Shown piece by piece: positions 47,543 through 56,475 of a stretch of DNA of 64,000 nt (within the stretch, counting starts at the first letter, position 1; every line of letters starts with the position of its first letter). Made by a program: the position numbers and the translations under genes. The stretch is from Acidimicrobiales bacterium (GTDB taxonomy: Bacteria; Actinomycetota; Acidimicrobiia; Acidimicrobiales; JAUJNH01), in contig JBBSKY010000005.1 of NCBI GenBank assembly GCA_038255915.1, forward strand, positions 4,333 to 68,332, read 5' to 3'. The notes under the pieces are model-generated. The model was given only the letters and a program-made list of their open reading frames with translations. It was not told where the DNA came from and did not search any database.

Positions 47543-47974
47543 GTGCCGGTCGTCATTGATGACCATCTCCTCCTGACAGCGCTCGCTGGGACTGAGCCTG
47601 CCGCCCTTCAGGAAGCGATGATCAGCCAGGCTGTCTACACGACCGGCTGCTGGTACTACCGCTTGGCCCGGGCTTCGGCATCGGGCGCTGGGGCGGGCTC
47701 GCTATCCGGCGAGTTCGCCGCCCTCGATCCAGACCGCCGATCCCAAGCGCAGGCCTCGCTGGAGCGCCTTCCCGATGCCATCGGCCTCATCAGCTCGCGA
47801 ACGGTTGTGCCCGTGATGGCCGCGCTACGGGTCAAGCGTCAGCTCAACATGCTCACGGCCGAGGCCCTCGCGGTCGCCCTGGTGACCGGTGGACGGCTTC
47901 TCGTCAGCGTCGAGTCACAGCTCCTGGCCGCCGGAGCCGACGACCTCAGGCTCTCGTACCTCGTTCTGGGGTGA
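47543..47974 (+). CDS. Divergent PIN-like protein
   Basis: N-terminal VVIDD strand, LNMLTAEALAVAL helix and LLVSVESQLLAAGA C-terminus follow PIN topology, but the acidic tetrad is not canonical. Confidence 0.6.
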   Translation: MPVVIDDHLLLTALAGTEPAALQEAMISQAVYTTGCWYYRLARASASGAGAGSLSGEFAALDPDRRSQAQASLERLPDAIGLISSRTVVPVMAALRVKRQLNMLTAEALAVALVTGGRLLVSVESQLLAAGADDLRLSYLVLG

Positions 47975-48017
47975 GCCACATGCCACCGTGCCTCCTGGCA
48001 GGGTCGTACTGACGATG

Positions 48018-48143
48018 TGCGAGGTTCGCCAGGTCGGTGGTCCCGCCGTCGAGCCAGGAGACCAGGTGGTGGGCGTCGCACCAACCCGGGGGGCGGTGGC
48101 AGCCGGGAAAGACGCAGCCGCCGTCACGGATCTCCAGGGCCAG
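48018..48143 (-). pseudogene. DUF222-type HNH endonuclease remnant, N-terminal half of the HNH domain
   Basis: Manual translation LALEIRDGGCVFPGCHRPPGWCDAHHLVSWLDGGTTDLANLA; no credible start; truncated before LC..HH. Confidence 0.85.
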
Positions 48144-48247
48144 CCAGCGCCGATGGGGCGATCACCACGGCCAACGGCGAGCTCGACACCCGGGGCGCGT
48201 ACGGCCGGCCAGAAGCCGCTGCTCTCCCAGCAACCGGTCCCGCGTCG

Positions 48248-49753
48248 CTAGGGGCGAGGGGTCAGGTCGGCCAGGAGATCGACCCGGAGCTGGGCGATGG
48301 CCAGGGGGCGGCGCAGCTCGGTCTGGAGCCTGCGGTCGGCCTGCCCGGCCTGGGCCAGCTGGGCGGCGAAGGCGGGCAGGGCGACGGGGCCGGCCCGCTC
48401 GGCGGCCAGGACCAGCACCGGGCGGGCCAGCTGGGCCTGAAGGGGCAGGGCCAGGACCAGGGCGGCGGCCCGGCCGGCCGCCACCTGCACCAGCGCCGCC
48501 GGCCAGGGGCGGGGCACCTCGGCGGCGAGGGGCAGCAGCCGAGCCGCCCCGCCCGGGGGCATGGCCTGGAGGGCCCGGGCCAGCCAGTCGGCGCGGGCTG
48601 CGGGTTCGAGGACGCGGAGGAGGGCGGCCGGATCGGGGGTGGCGGGCGCGCCGAGCAGGGCGACCGCCCAGTCGGGACGGCGCTGGCGGCTGGCCGCCTG
48701 GGACCAGCCCTCGAACAGGGCGTCGCCGTGGTCAGCGGCCGAGGCCGAGCGCACGGCGTCGGGGGGCGGGCCCCACAGGTCGAGGGGCGCCGCCGCCACC
48801 ACTTGGGCCAGCCACCCGGCCCGCTCGCCTCCCGCCCCCCGGCGGGTGGGCGCGATGCCGTCGGCCACCCAGTCCTCGGCCAGGTGGTCGGGGAGGCGCA
48901 CCGACCACCGGGCTCCGATCTGGACGTGGGCCAGGGCCCGGTCACCCATCCGAAGGGCGAGACGGGACGACGGCAGGCGGGCCAGCGCCGCCGCTGCGGC
49001 CCGGCGCACGTCCTTGGCCCGGTCGAGGCGGGCCCGCTCCTCGAGGAACGGCTCGTCCCCCATCGACAGGCCGACGGTGAGGTGATCGACGAAGGCGGCC
49101 CGGTCGTCGGCCCTGTCGGTGCGCCACGTCGACTCGACCAGCGTGCGGCCCAGGGCCGGGTCCACCGCCCGGACGGCCGCCAGCAGGGCCCGCCGCTCCC
49201 CCGCCGTGCCCTCGGCCCACGCCGCCGTCGGATCGTCGGGCACCTCACCGGCCGCCGCGCCCCCGGCCCAGGCCCACTCGGCCCGCTGGCCCGCCACCCA
49301 CCGCCCCCGCTCCCCCAGCGCCCCGAGCAGCGCCAGCCGAAGCGCCCGGTCGGCGGTGGCCACGTCCAGAGCCGGCGGCAGCAGCGCCGACGGCACCCGC
49401 ATCCCCCCGACGGCGCAGGCCTCGAGCCACTCGGGGAGCAGCTGGCGCCAGGTGCCGCCGAGCAGAGCGGCCAGGGTGCGGGCGGCCTCCTCCCCCGGCT
49501 CAGGGCGGTCGCGGAGCGGCGCGGGCGGCGGCGCTTCGGCCGCCGGGCGTTCGGCCCTGCGCCCCGCACGGCCCACCGTGGCGAGGGCGCCGGCGGAGGC
49601 GAGGAGGGCCCGCTCGGCCGGGCGCTCGGGGTCGGCGACCACCGCCTCGACCAGCGCACCGGCGGCGCCGGGACCGCCCGAGGCGGGCGGTCGCCCCGTG
49701 CGCTCGGTCCCGAGGAGCGCAACCTTCACCAGGGCTGACCACAAGCCGGTCAT
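48248..49753 (-). CDS. DUF5691-like helical protein
   Basis: W..LV..ALLGTER N-terminus, LLPEWL, LGERGRW....EWAW, WAEGT..ER, DEPFLE...DR.KDVR..AA. Confidence 0.82.
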   Translation of the reverse strand: MTGLWSALVKVALLGTERTGRPPASGGPGAAGALVEAVVADPERPAERALLASAGALATVGRAGRRAERPAAEAPPPAPLRDRPEPGEEAARTLAALLGGTWRQLLPEWLEACAVGGMRVPSALLPPALDVATADRALRLALLGALGERGRWVAGQRAEWAWAGGAAAGEVPDDPTAAWAEGTAGERRALLAAVRAVDPALGRTLVESTWRTDRADDRAAFVDHLTVGLSMGDEPFLEERARLDRAKDVRRAAAAALARLPSSRLALRMGDRALAHVQIGARWSVRLPDHLAEDWVADGIAPTRRGAGGERAGWLAQVVAAAPLDLWGPPPDAVRSASAADHGDALFEGWSQAASRQRRPDWAVALLGAPATPDPAALLRVLEPAARADWLARALQAMPPGGAARLLPLAAEVPRPWPAALVQVAAGRAAALVLALPLQAQLARPVLVLAAERAGPVALPAFAAQLAQAGQADRRLQTELRRPLAIAQLRVDLLADLTPRP

Positions 49754-49772
49754 GGCGGTCCCTGATCTGCAG

Positions 49773-49816
49773 AGGCGGTTCGGCCCGAGCCGGTCTGCGC
49801 TCGGCCGCGACCGCCT
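49773..49816. repeat. Long imperfect hairpin between the SWIM and DUF5691 genes
   Basis: AGGCGGT..CGGCCCGAGC / GCTCGGCCG..ACCGCCT nested inverted repeats. Confidence 0.45.
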
Positions 49817-49841
49817 TCTCTCGGCCCTCGCAACGGGTACA

Positions 49842-51158
49842 TCACGCCACCCCGGTCAGCGGCCACAGACGGCCTTCGGCGAAGCAGGCCAAGGGACTGA
49901 GGCGGTCGCCGTCCCACTCACCGACGACCACGACCGGGTGGCCGCCCGAGAGAGCGAGCAGGTCCCAGGCCGGCGCGCCGAGGGGGAGGCCGTCGCCGTG
50001 CTCGTCCACCACCAGCCACCGGGCGCCGTCGACCACGGGCACCACCGACCCGAGGCACGCAGGGGTCTGGGGCAGCCACGGGCTGGCGGCCAGGGCGAGG
50101 GCGTCGGCGGCCAGGGCGTCGGCCACCGGGCAGCCCTCCAGGTCCAGGGTCGGCGCCGCTTCCCCGTGCCGCTCCCCCACCAGGCTGCGCTGACCGAGAG
50201 CGCCCGGGTAGCGGTGCACGTCGGCTTCGAAGGTGGTGCCCACATCCACCTCGGTGGCCAAGGCGGCGCCGCTCGGGGCGGTGTCGAGGAGCAGGGCCCA
50301 GCCGCCCACCGTCCGGCCCCGCAGCCACACCCGCCGGGTGGCGAGCACCCCGTCGTCGCTCGTGACCGTGGCCAGGACGTCCCACCGGTCGCGCACCGCC
50401 GGCCGGGCCAGCACCTCGGCCCTGGTGGTGGGGAAGCCGACCTGGGTGCGCACCTCGGCGGCCAGGTCCGGAGGGAGGTCGGCCAGGTGGCGCCAGCCCT
50501 CGAGGACCAGGTGGAGGCGGCCCAGCTGGGCCAGCAGCCGGTCGGGCCAGCCTGGCCCCGAGTGGGCGGCCCGGCCGAGGGCGCGCACCCGGCCGGCCAG
50601 CCCGGGGGCCTGGGCGTCGACCAGGCGGGCGCCGGCGTCGTCCCAGCTGGTCCACGAGCGGGTCTGGGCCGCGGCCAGGCCGCCCCGTACCAGGTCGTCG
50701 AGCCAGCGCTCGAGGTCGACGATGCCGGCGTCGACGTTGGCCTGGCGCCGGGCCCGGCGGCGCTCCTGGGCGACGGGATCGGCCACCTCCCCGGTGCGGG
50801 CCCGCTCGCTTCGGGCCGCCGCCCTGGCCGTCCGCTGGTCGCGATCCTCCAACCAGGCGCCCGCCTCGGAGGGCCGGGGGCCGGCCGCCACCTGGCCGCG
50901 GGAGACGAGCAGGAGGAGGCCGAGGGCGTGCTTGCAGGGCTGCTTGCGGGAGGGGCACGAGCAGGTCCACGCCGGCTCGCCGGTCAGGTCGAGGGCCACC
51001 TGGTAGGGCTCGCGTCCCGAACCTCGGACCCGCCCCCACGCCGCCTCGGCGTCGTGGCCGGCGCCGTCCCACAGGCCGGGCACGGCCAGACCCCGGGCCG
51101 CCTGCCGGCTGGCGTCATCGGGCGCCAGAGCGAGCACGGCCGCCTCGTCCAGGTCCAT
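49842..51158 (-). CDS. SWIM Zn-finger protein (YehQ-like)
   Basis: [42 protein letters not shown]. Confidence 0.9.
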   Translation of the reverse strand: MDLDEAAVLALAPDDASRQAARGLAVPGLWDGAGHDAEAAWGRVRGSGREPYQVALDLTGEPAWTCSCPSRKQPCKHALGLLLLVSRGQVAAGPRPSEAGAWLEDRDQRTARAAARSERARTGEVADPVAQERRRARRQANVDAGIVDLERWLDDLVRGGLAAAQTRSWTSWDDAGARLVDAQAPGLAGRVRALGRAAHSGPGWPDRLLAQLGRLHLVLEGWRHLADLPPDLAAEVRTQVGFPTTRAEVLARPAVRDRWDVLATVTSDDGVLATRRVWLRGRTVGGWALLLDTAPSGAALATEVDVGTTFEADVHRYPGALGQRSLVGERHGEAAPTLDLEGCPVADALAADALALAASPWLPQTPACLGSVVPVVDGARWLVVDEHGDGLPLGAPAWDLLALSGGHPVVVVGEWDGDRLSPLACFAEGRLWPLTGVA

Positions 51159-51209
51159 CAACGGTCAGGTTGCCAGGGCGGGACGGGCCGCGGTGCTGCG
51201 CCGTGCCCC

Positions 51210-52016
51210 TCAACCGGTGGGGTCGACCGGGCCGACGCCGGCGCCCAGGTCGACGCCGTGCTCGATGGCCCGGGTGACGAACGCCTTGGCCCCCTGCACC
51301 GCGTCGGTCAGCGGCTCGCCCCGGGCCAGGCGGGCGGTGATAGCGGCGGACAGCGTGCAGCCCGTCCCGTGGGTGTGGCGGCCGGGCACCCGGGGGCCGT
51401 CGAGCCACACCGGACCGGCACCGGGCACCAGGAGGCAGTCAGGCGAGCGGTCGCCGTCCAGGTGGCCGCCCTTCACCAGCACGGCCCCGGCGCCGGCGGC
51501 CAGCAGCACCCGGGCGGCCTCGGCCATGGCCTCGGTGGTGGTCACCGGAAAGCCGACCAGGGCCGCCGCCTCGGGCAGGTTCGGGGTGACCAGGGCGGCC
51601 AGCGGCAGCAGGTGCTGGCGCAGGGCGCCGACGGCGTCGTCGGCGAGCAGGGTGTCGCCGTGCTTGGAGATGAACACGGTGTCGACCACCAGCGGCGCAC
51701 CTCCCAGGTGGTCGGAAACCGCGGCGGCCACCGCCGCCACCAGCTCGGCCGAGGCCAGCATCCCCGTCTTGGCCGCCTGCACGCCGATGTCGGTGGCCAC
51801 GCTCGCCACCTGGGCCCGAACCAGGGCGGCTGGCACCACCTCGAAGGCCTGCACCCCCACGGTGTTCTGGGCCGTGACGGCCACCACCGCGGCGGTGCCC
51901 CACACGCCGTGGGCCTCGAAGGTCTTGAGGTCAGCGAAGACGCCAGCGCCGCCTCCCGAGTCGGTGCCGGCGATGGTCAGGGCGACGGGACGGCGGGAGA
52001 CGGGGTTCGCCGTCAT
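51210..52016 (-). CDS. thiD: Hydroxymethylpyrimidine/phosphomethylpyrimidine kinase
   Basis: [45 protein letters not shown]. Confidence 0.96.
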   Translation of the reverse strand: MTANPVSRRPVALTIAGTDSGGGAGVFADLKTFEAHGVWGTAAVVAVTAQNTVGVQAFEVVPAALVRAQVASVATDIGVQAAKTGMLASAELVAAVAAAVSDHLGGAPLVVDTVFISKHGDTLLADDAVGALRQHLLPLAALVTPNLPEAAALVGFPVTTTEAMAEAARVLLAAGAGAVLVKGGHLDGDRSPDCLLVPGAGPVWLDGPRVPGRHTHGTGCTLSAAITARLARGEPLTDAVQGAKAFVTRAIEHGVDLGAGVGPVDPTG

Positions 52017-52062
52017 CAATCAAGTGCCCCGGGCGCTGCGCTCTCCAGCTCGGCCATCACCA

Positions 52063-52935
52063 TCAGAGGAGATGCTCCCATCCGCCGGCCACCCCGAGCG
52101 GCTCGCCGCCCAGGGTGCGCTCGTCGGGGTCGCCGGTGCAGGTGCCGACCCGGATGCCGGGCACGCTCGGGCCGTCGGGGCAGGTGAAGGCCAGGTGGTA
52201 CTCGTCGCCGCCGTGCAGGGCCTCTTCGAAGGAGGCGCCGTCGGCCACCGGCACGTGGTCGAGGCGCAGGCCCACGCCCGAGGCGACGGCCAGGTGGTCG
52301 AGGTCCTGGGCCAGTCCGTCGCTGATGTCGATGGCTGCGGTGGCGCCGGCGGACCGGGCGGCGAGGGCGGCCTCGACCGAGGGGACGGGCCGGGCGTACC
52401 AGGAGGCGGCGGCCGAGCGAACGGCAGGGTCGGCCCGCAGCTGGCGCAGGCCGGCGGCGCCCCAACCCAGCGGGCTGCTGATGTACACCCCGTCACCGGG
52501 CCGGGCGCCCGACCGCAGCAGCGGCGCCTCGCCGTCCGCCAGGCGGCCGAGGGCGGTGACGGTGAGGATCAGGCCGGGACCCGAGGCCAGGTCGCCGCCC
52601 ACCACCGGGCAGGCGAAGTGGGCGGCGGCGGCCAGGAGCCCGTCGTAGAGCGCGGCCAGCTCGTCCTCGTCGGCGCCGACCACTGAAGCCACGCAGCACC
52701 AGGGCACCGCCCCCATGGCGGCCACGTCGCTCACGTTGCGGGCCAGGGCCTTCCACCCGGCGTCGGCCAGGCCGGTCAGCGAGCGCAGGAAGTGGACGCC
52801 CTCGACCACTGGGTCGACCGCCACCACCACCCCGCCGGCCAGCACGGCGGCGTCGTCGCCGGCCCACACCTCCCCGTCCGCCGCGGGACCGAACCGGGCG
52901 AGAAGCCCCTTGAGCGCCTCGAACTCGCCTGTCAC
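52063..52935 (-). CDS. thiL: Thiamine-monophosphate kinase
   Basis: [35 protein letters not shown]. Confidence 0.95.
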   Translation of the reverse strand: MTGEFEALKGLLARFGPAADGEVWAGDDAAVLAGGVVVAVDPVVEGVHFLRSLTGLADAGWKALARNVSDVAAMGAVPWCCVASVVGADEDELAALYDGLLAAAAHFACPVVGGDLASGPGLILTVTALGRLADGEAPLLRSGARPGDGVYISSPLGWGAAGLRQLRADPAVRSAAASWYARPVPSVEAALAARSAGATAAIDISDGLAQDLDHLAVASGVGLRLDHVPVADGASFEEALHGGDEYHLAFTCPDGPSVPGIRVGTCTGDPDERTLGGEPLGVAGGWEHLL

Positions 52936-52961
52936 GTCCGAGCGACGCTACCGTCCGGATC

Positions 52962-53207
52962 GTGCAGGGCGTGGTGAAGGCGTACGACCCGGGGACGGGA
53001 ATCGGGGCGGTGGTCACCGACACCGACCGGCGCGAGGTGGCGCTGGCCCGGGGGGCGCTGGCCGGCTCCATCTTCCGCATGCTGCGCCAGGGCCAGCGGG
53101 TCGTCTTCGACCTCGACGACGAGGGCCTGGCCACCCGCATCCGCACCGGCGCCGAGGTCGACATGGGCAGCCCGACGCCGCCGCCCGGAGCGTTCGACGG
53201 GGCCTGA
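52962..53207 (+). CDS. Cold-shock-like OB-fold small protein
   Basis: MQGVVKAYD..TG.G.V...LRQGQRVVF resembles the CSD/S1 fold without canonical RNP motifs. Confidence 0.75.
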   Translation: MQGVVKAYDPGTGIGAVVTDTDRREVALARGALAGSIFRMLRQGQRVVFDLDDEGLATRIRTGAEVDMGSPTPPPGAFDGA

Positions 53208-53216
53208 GCCACCAGG

Positions 53217-55019
53217 GTGACCTCCGCCGAACCGCCCACCGGGAACCACGCGCTGCGCACCTGGGTGGAGGGGTGGGCCGCGATCCTCCAGCCCGACCGG
53301 GTGCTGTGGTGCGACGGTTCGGCCGCCGAGCACGACGAGGTGTGCCAGCAGCTGGTGGTCGCCGGCACCTTCGAGCGGCTCTCGCAGGCGCGACGACCCC
53401 GCTCCTACCTAGCCCGGAGCGACCCGGCCGACGTGGCCCGGGTCGAGGAGCGCACCTTCATCTGCTCCGAGCGGGAGGAGGACGCCGGCCCCACCAACAA
53501 CTGGCGGGCCCCGGCCGAGATGAAGGAGGTGCTCACCGGGCTGTTCCGGGGGGCCATGGCCGGCCGCACCCTCTACGTCGTGCCCTTCTCCATGGGCCCC
53601 CTGGGCTCGCCCCTGGCTCACATCGGCGTGCAGCTCACCGACTCGGCGTACGTCGTGGCCAACATGGCGATCATGACCCGCATGGGCACGGGGCCCCTCG
53701 AGGTGCTCGGCCCCGACGGCTCCTTCGTCCCCTGCGTCCACTCGGTGGGCTACCCCCTCACCGACCGCAGCGACGTGGCCTGGCCCTGCGACACCGGGAA
53801 CACCCACGTGGCCCACTTCCCCGAGACCCGGGAGATCTGGAGCTACGGGTCGGGCTACGGAGGCAACGCCCTTCTGGGCAAGAAGTGCTTCGCCCTGCGG
53901 ATCGCCTCGGTGATGGCCCGTGACGACGGCTGGCTGGCCGAGCACATGCTCATCCTGAAGCTGACCAGCCCGGAGGGGCGCACCCGCTACCTGGCCGGCG
54001 CCTTCCCCTCCGCCTGCGGGAAGACGAACCTGGCCATGCTCGTGCCCACCCTGGCCGGGTGGAAGGTCGAGACGGTGGGCGACGACATCTGCTGGATGCG
54101 CTTCGACGCCGATGGGCGGCTGCGGGCCATCAACCCCGAGGCTGGCTTCTTCGGCGTCGCCCCCGGGACCTCGAACGCCACCAACCCCAACGCCATCCTC
54201 ACCCTGGCCGCCAACACCATCTTCACCAACTGCGCCCGGACCGACGACGGCGACGTGTGGTGGGAGGGGCTGACCGACGACCCGCCCGCCCACCTCCTCG
54301 ACTGGAGGGGCCGGGACTGGACGCCGGCCTCGGGCACCCCGGCCGCCCACCCCAACGCCCGATTCACCGCCCCCGCCGCCCAGGACCCGGCCATCGCCGC
54401 CGAGTGGCAGAACCCCGAGGGGGTGCCGATCGACGCCATCCTGTTCGGTGGCCGCAGGGCCGGCGTCGTCCCCCTGGTGTCGGAGTCCTACGACTGGGAG
54501 CACGGGGTCTTCCTCGGCTCGATCATGTCGTCGGAGACCACGGCGGCGGCGGCTGGTGCGGCGGGGCACCTGCGCCGTGACCCCTTCGCCATGCTGCCCT
54601 TCTGCGGCTACGACATGGCCGACTACTTCGCGCACTGGCTGGCCGTCGGCCGATCGGCCGACCCGGCCCGCCTGCCCAGGATCTTCTCGGTCAACTGGTT
54701 TCGCAAAGGGACCGGCGGCCGCTGGCTGTGGCCGGGGTTCGGCGAGAACAGCCGGGTGCTGGAGTGGGTCTTCCGCCGCCTGGACGACGAGGGCGCGGCG
54801 GTGGACACCCCGATCGGGCGGGTGCCAGCCCTGGAGGGCGGCCTCGACCTCACCGGCCTCGACCTGCCCCGAGCCGACCTCGAGGAGCTCCTCCGGGTCG
54901 ACCCCGACGACTGGCGGGCCGAGCTGGCCGGCATCGACGCCCACTACGCCACCTTCGCCGGCCGGGTCCCCCAGGAGCTCCAGGCCCAACTCGCCACCCT
55001 CCGCAGACGTCTGGGCTAG
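53217..55019 (+). CDS. pckG: Phosphoenolpyruvate carboxykinase (GTP)
   Basis: [53 protein letters not shown]. Confidence 0.97.
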   Translation: MTSAEPPTGNHALRTWVEGWAAILQPDRVLWCDGSAAEHDEVCQQLVVAGTFERLSQARRPRSYLARSDPADVARVEERTFICSEREEDAGPTNNWRAPAEMKEVLTGLFRGAMAGRTLYVVPFSMGPLGSPLAHIGVQLTDSAYVVANMAIMTRMGTGPLEVLGPDGSFVPCVHSVGYPLTDRSDVAWPCDTGNTHVAHFPETREIWSYGSGYGGNALLGKKCFALRIASVMARDDGWLAEHMLILKLTSPEGRTRYLAGAFPSACGKTNLAMLVPTLAGWKVETVGDDICWMRFDADGRLRAINPEAGFFGVAPGTSNATNPNAILTLAANTIFTNCARTDDGDVWWEGLTDDPPAHLLDWRGRDWTPASGTPAAHPNARFTAPAAQDPAIAAEWQNPEGVPIDAILFGGRRAGVVPLVSESYDWEHGVFLGSIMSSETTAAAAGAAGHLRRDPFAMLPFCGYDMADYFAHWLAVGRSADPARLPRIFSVNWFRKGTGGRWLWPGFGENSRVLEWVFRRLDDEGAAVDTPIGRVPALEGGLDLTGLDLPRADLEELLRVDPDDWRAELAGIDAHYATFAGRVPQELQAQLATLRRRLG

Positions 55020-55214
55020 GGACGACGGAACACCAAGCAACCACCGCCCTCGGGGGAGTTTGAGGGGGCGGAGCTTGCGGAGCCCCCTCATCAGGCGGCG
55101 AAAGGCGAGCTTGCTCGCCCGCCGTGACAAGCCGTGCAGCCGGCCGGAGGCCGTCGACATGACCCGACCGAACGGAGCCGAGCGCAGCGAGGCGAGTGAG
55201 CGTCGGATCGCTAG
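55016..55214. mobile_element. Non-autonomous palindromic element (REP/MITE-like) flanked by CTAG direct repeats
   Basis: CTAG at 55016-55019 and 55211-55214; internal hairpins TGAGGGGGC/GCCCCCTCA and GGCGAGC-TT-GCTCGCC; GAGCTTGC occurs twice. Confidence 0.55.
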
Positions 55215-55591
55215 CGCCCCGCGGTCTCGCGTATGACGTTGATCAGGGGGGCGGAGTCGCCCTGCTTCAGGACCAGGGGCACGTGGTGGCGCTGCACCTG
55301 CTTGACCGAGAGCTCGGAGACCACGGCGGAGTAGGCCACGATCGGCATGTCCGGCAGCTCGGCCCGGAGGCGGGCGATGGCCTCGAAGCCGTCGGTGCCG
55401 GGCATCAGGAGGTCCATGACGACCAGGTCGGGGTCCAGCCGGTGGGCCACCTCCAGGGCCTCGGCCCCGTTGCGGGCCGTGCCGACGACCTCGAGGTCGG
55501 GCTCCAGGTCGAAGCGGATGCCGAGCAGGAGGAGCAGGTCGGGCTCGTCGTCGACCAGGAGCACCTTGATCGGTGCCTTCTGGACAGCCAC
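55211..55591 (-). CDS. Single-domain response regulator (receiver only)
   Basis: LLVDDE, VMDLLMP (phosphoacceptor Asp), YSA, VLK; no output domain; TACCGT -10 7 nt before the GTG. Confidence 0.88.
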   Translation of the reverse strand: MAVQKAPIKVLLVDDEPDLLLLLGIRFDLEPDLEVVGTARNGAEALEVAHRLDPDLVVMDLLMPGTDGFEAIARLRAELPDMPIVAYSAVVSELSVKQVQRHHVPLVLKQGDSAPLINVIRETAGR

Positions 55592-55664
55592 GCCGGGAAC
55601 GGTAACGCGGCCCGGCGTCGTGGCCGGCACGGGGGGCCGGTTTGGGCCGTGGCAGGCTCGGCCG

Positions 55665-56435
55665 GTGGCCCTGAACGAGCTGTTCGCCCTGGAACGGGCG
55701 GCCGCCGGCGGCGGCGCCGGGCTGGTCGTCACCGTGCACGGCACCATGGACCGCCACTCCAGCTTCGGCGGGGTGCGCCGGCAGCTGCCCGAGGTGGCGA
55801 CCCTGGTCTACGACCGCCGGGGCTACGGGCGCAGCCGCTACCTTCCCGTGGCCACCAGCCTCGACGACCACGTCGAGGACCTCCTCGGCCTGTGCGCCGG
55901 CCGTCCGGCGGTGGTCGTCGGCCACAGCTACGGCGGCTGCATCGGCCTGCGAGCCGCCGAGATGGCCCCGGATGTAGTGCGGGCCGTGGTGGTCTTCGAG
56001 CCGCCGCTGCCCTGGCTGGACGGCTGGCCGTCCGACACCGCCAGCAACCGGGCGCTGGCCGCCCCCGACCCCCCCGCAGGGGTCGAGGCCTACCTGCGCC
56101 ACGTCCTGGGCGACGATCGCTGGGGCGCCCTGCCCGAGCGGGCCCGGGTCGACCGTCGAGGCGAGGGGCCCGCCCTGTTGGCCGACCTGCGCTCGGTGCG
56201 ACCGGCGCCCGACCACCTCCCGCCCCTCGATCTGGGTGCCATCGCCGTGCCCGTGGTGATCGGCCGGGGCACCCGCTCGCCCGCCTACCTGCAGGCCGGC
56301 GCCAACCGCCTGGTGGGCCTGCTGGCCGACGCTGAGCTGCACGTGCTGGAAGGGGCGGGCCACGCTGCGCACAGCGAGCGGCCGGCTCAGATCGCCGCCC
56401 TGGCCCGCTGCGCCATGGAGCGGGTGCGCGGCTGA
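55665..56435 (+). CDS. Alpha/beta hydrolase
   Basis: VHG, YDRRGYGRS, GHSYGG, GAGHAAH. Confidence 0.9.
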   Translation: MALNELFALERAAAGGGAGLVVTVHGTMDRHSSFGGVRRQLPEVATLVYDRRGYGRSRYLPVATSLDDHVEDLLGLCAGRPAVVVGHSYGGCIGLRAAEMAPDVVRAVVVFEPPLPWLDGWPSDTASNRALAAPDPPAGVEAYLRHVLGDDRWGALPERARVDRRGEGPALLADLRSVRPAPDHLPPLDLGAIAVPVVIGRGTRSPAYLQAGANRLVGLLADAELHVLEGAGHAAHSERPAQIAALARCAMERVRG

Positions 56436-56475
56436 CACCGGGTGCGCGAACATCCAGCCGAAACTGCGCGATCCT

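Noticed and set aside
49119-52187. 1022-aa plus-strand ORF
   Set aside because: Shadow of the DUF5691, SWIM and thiD genes.
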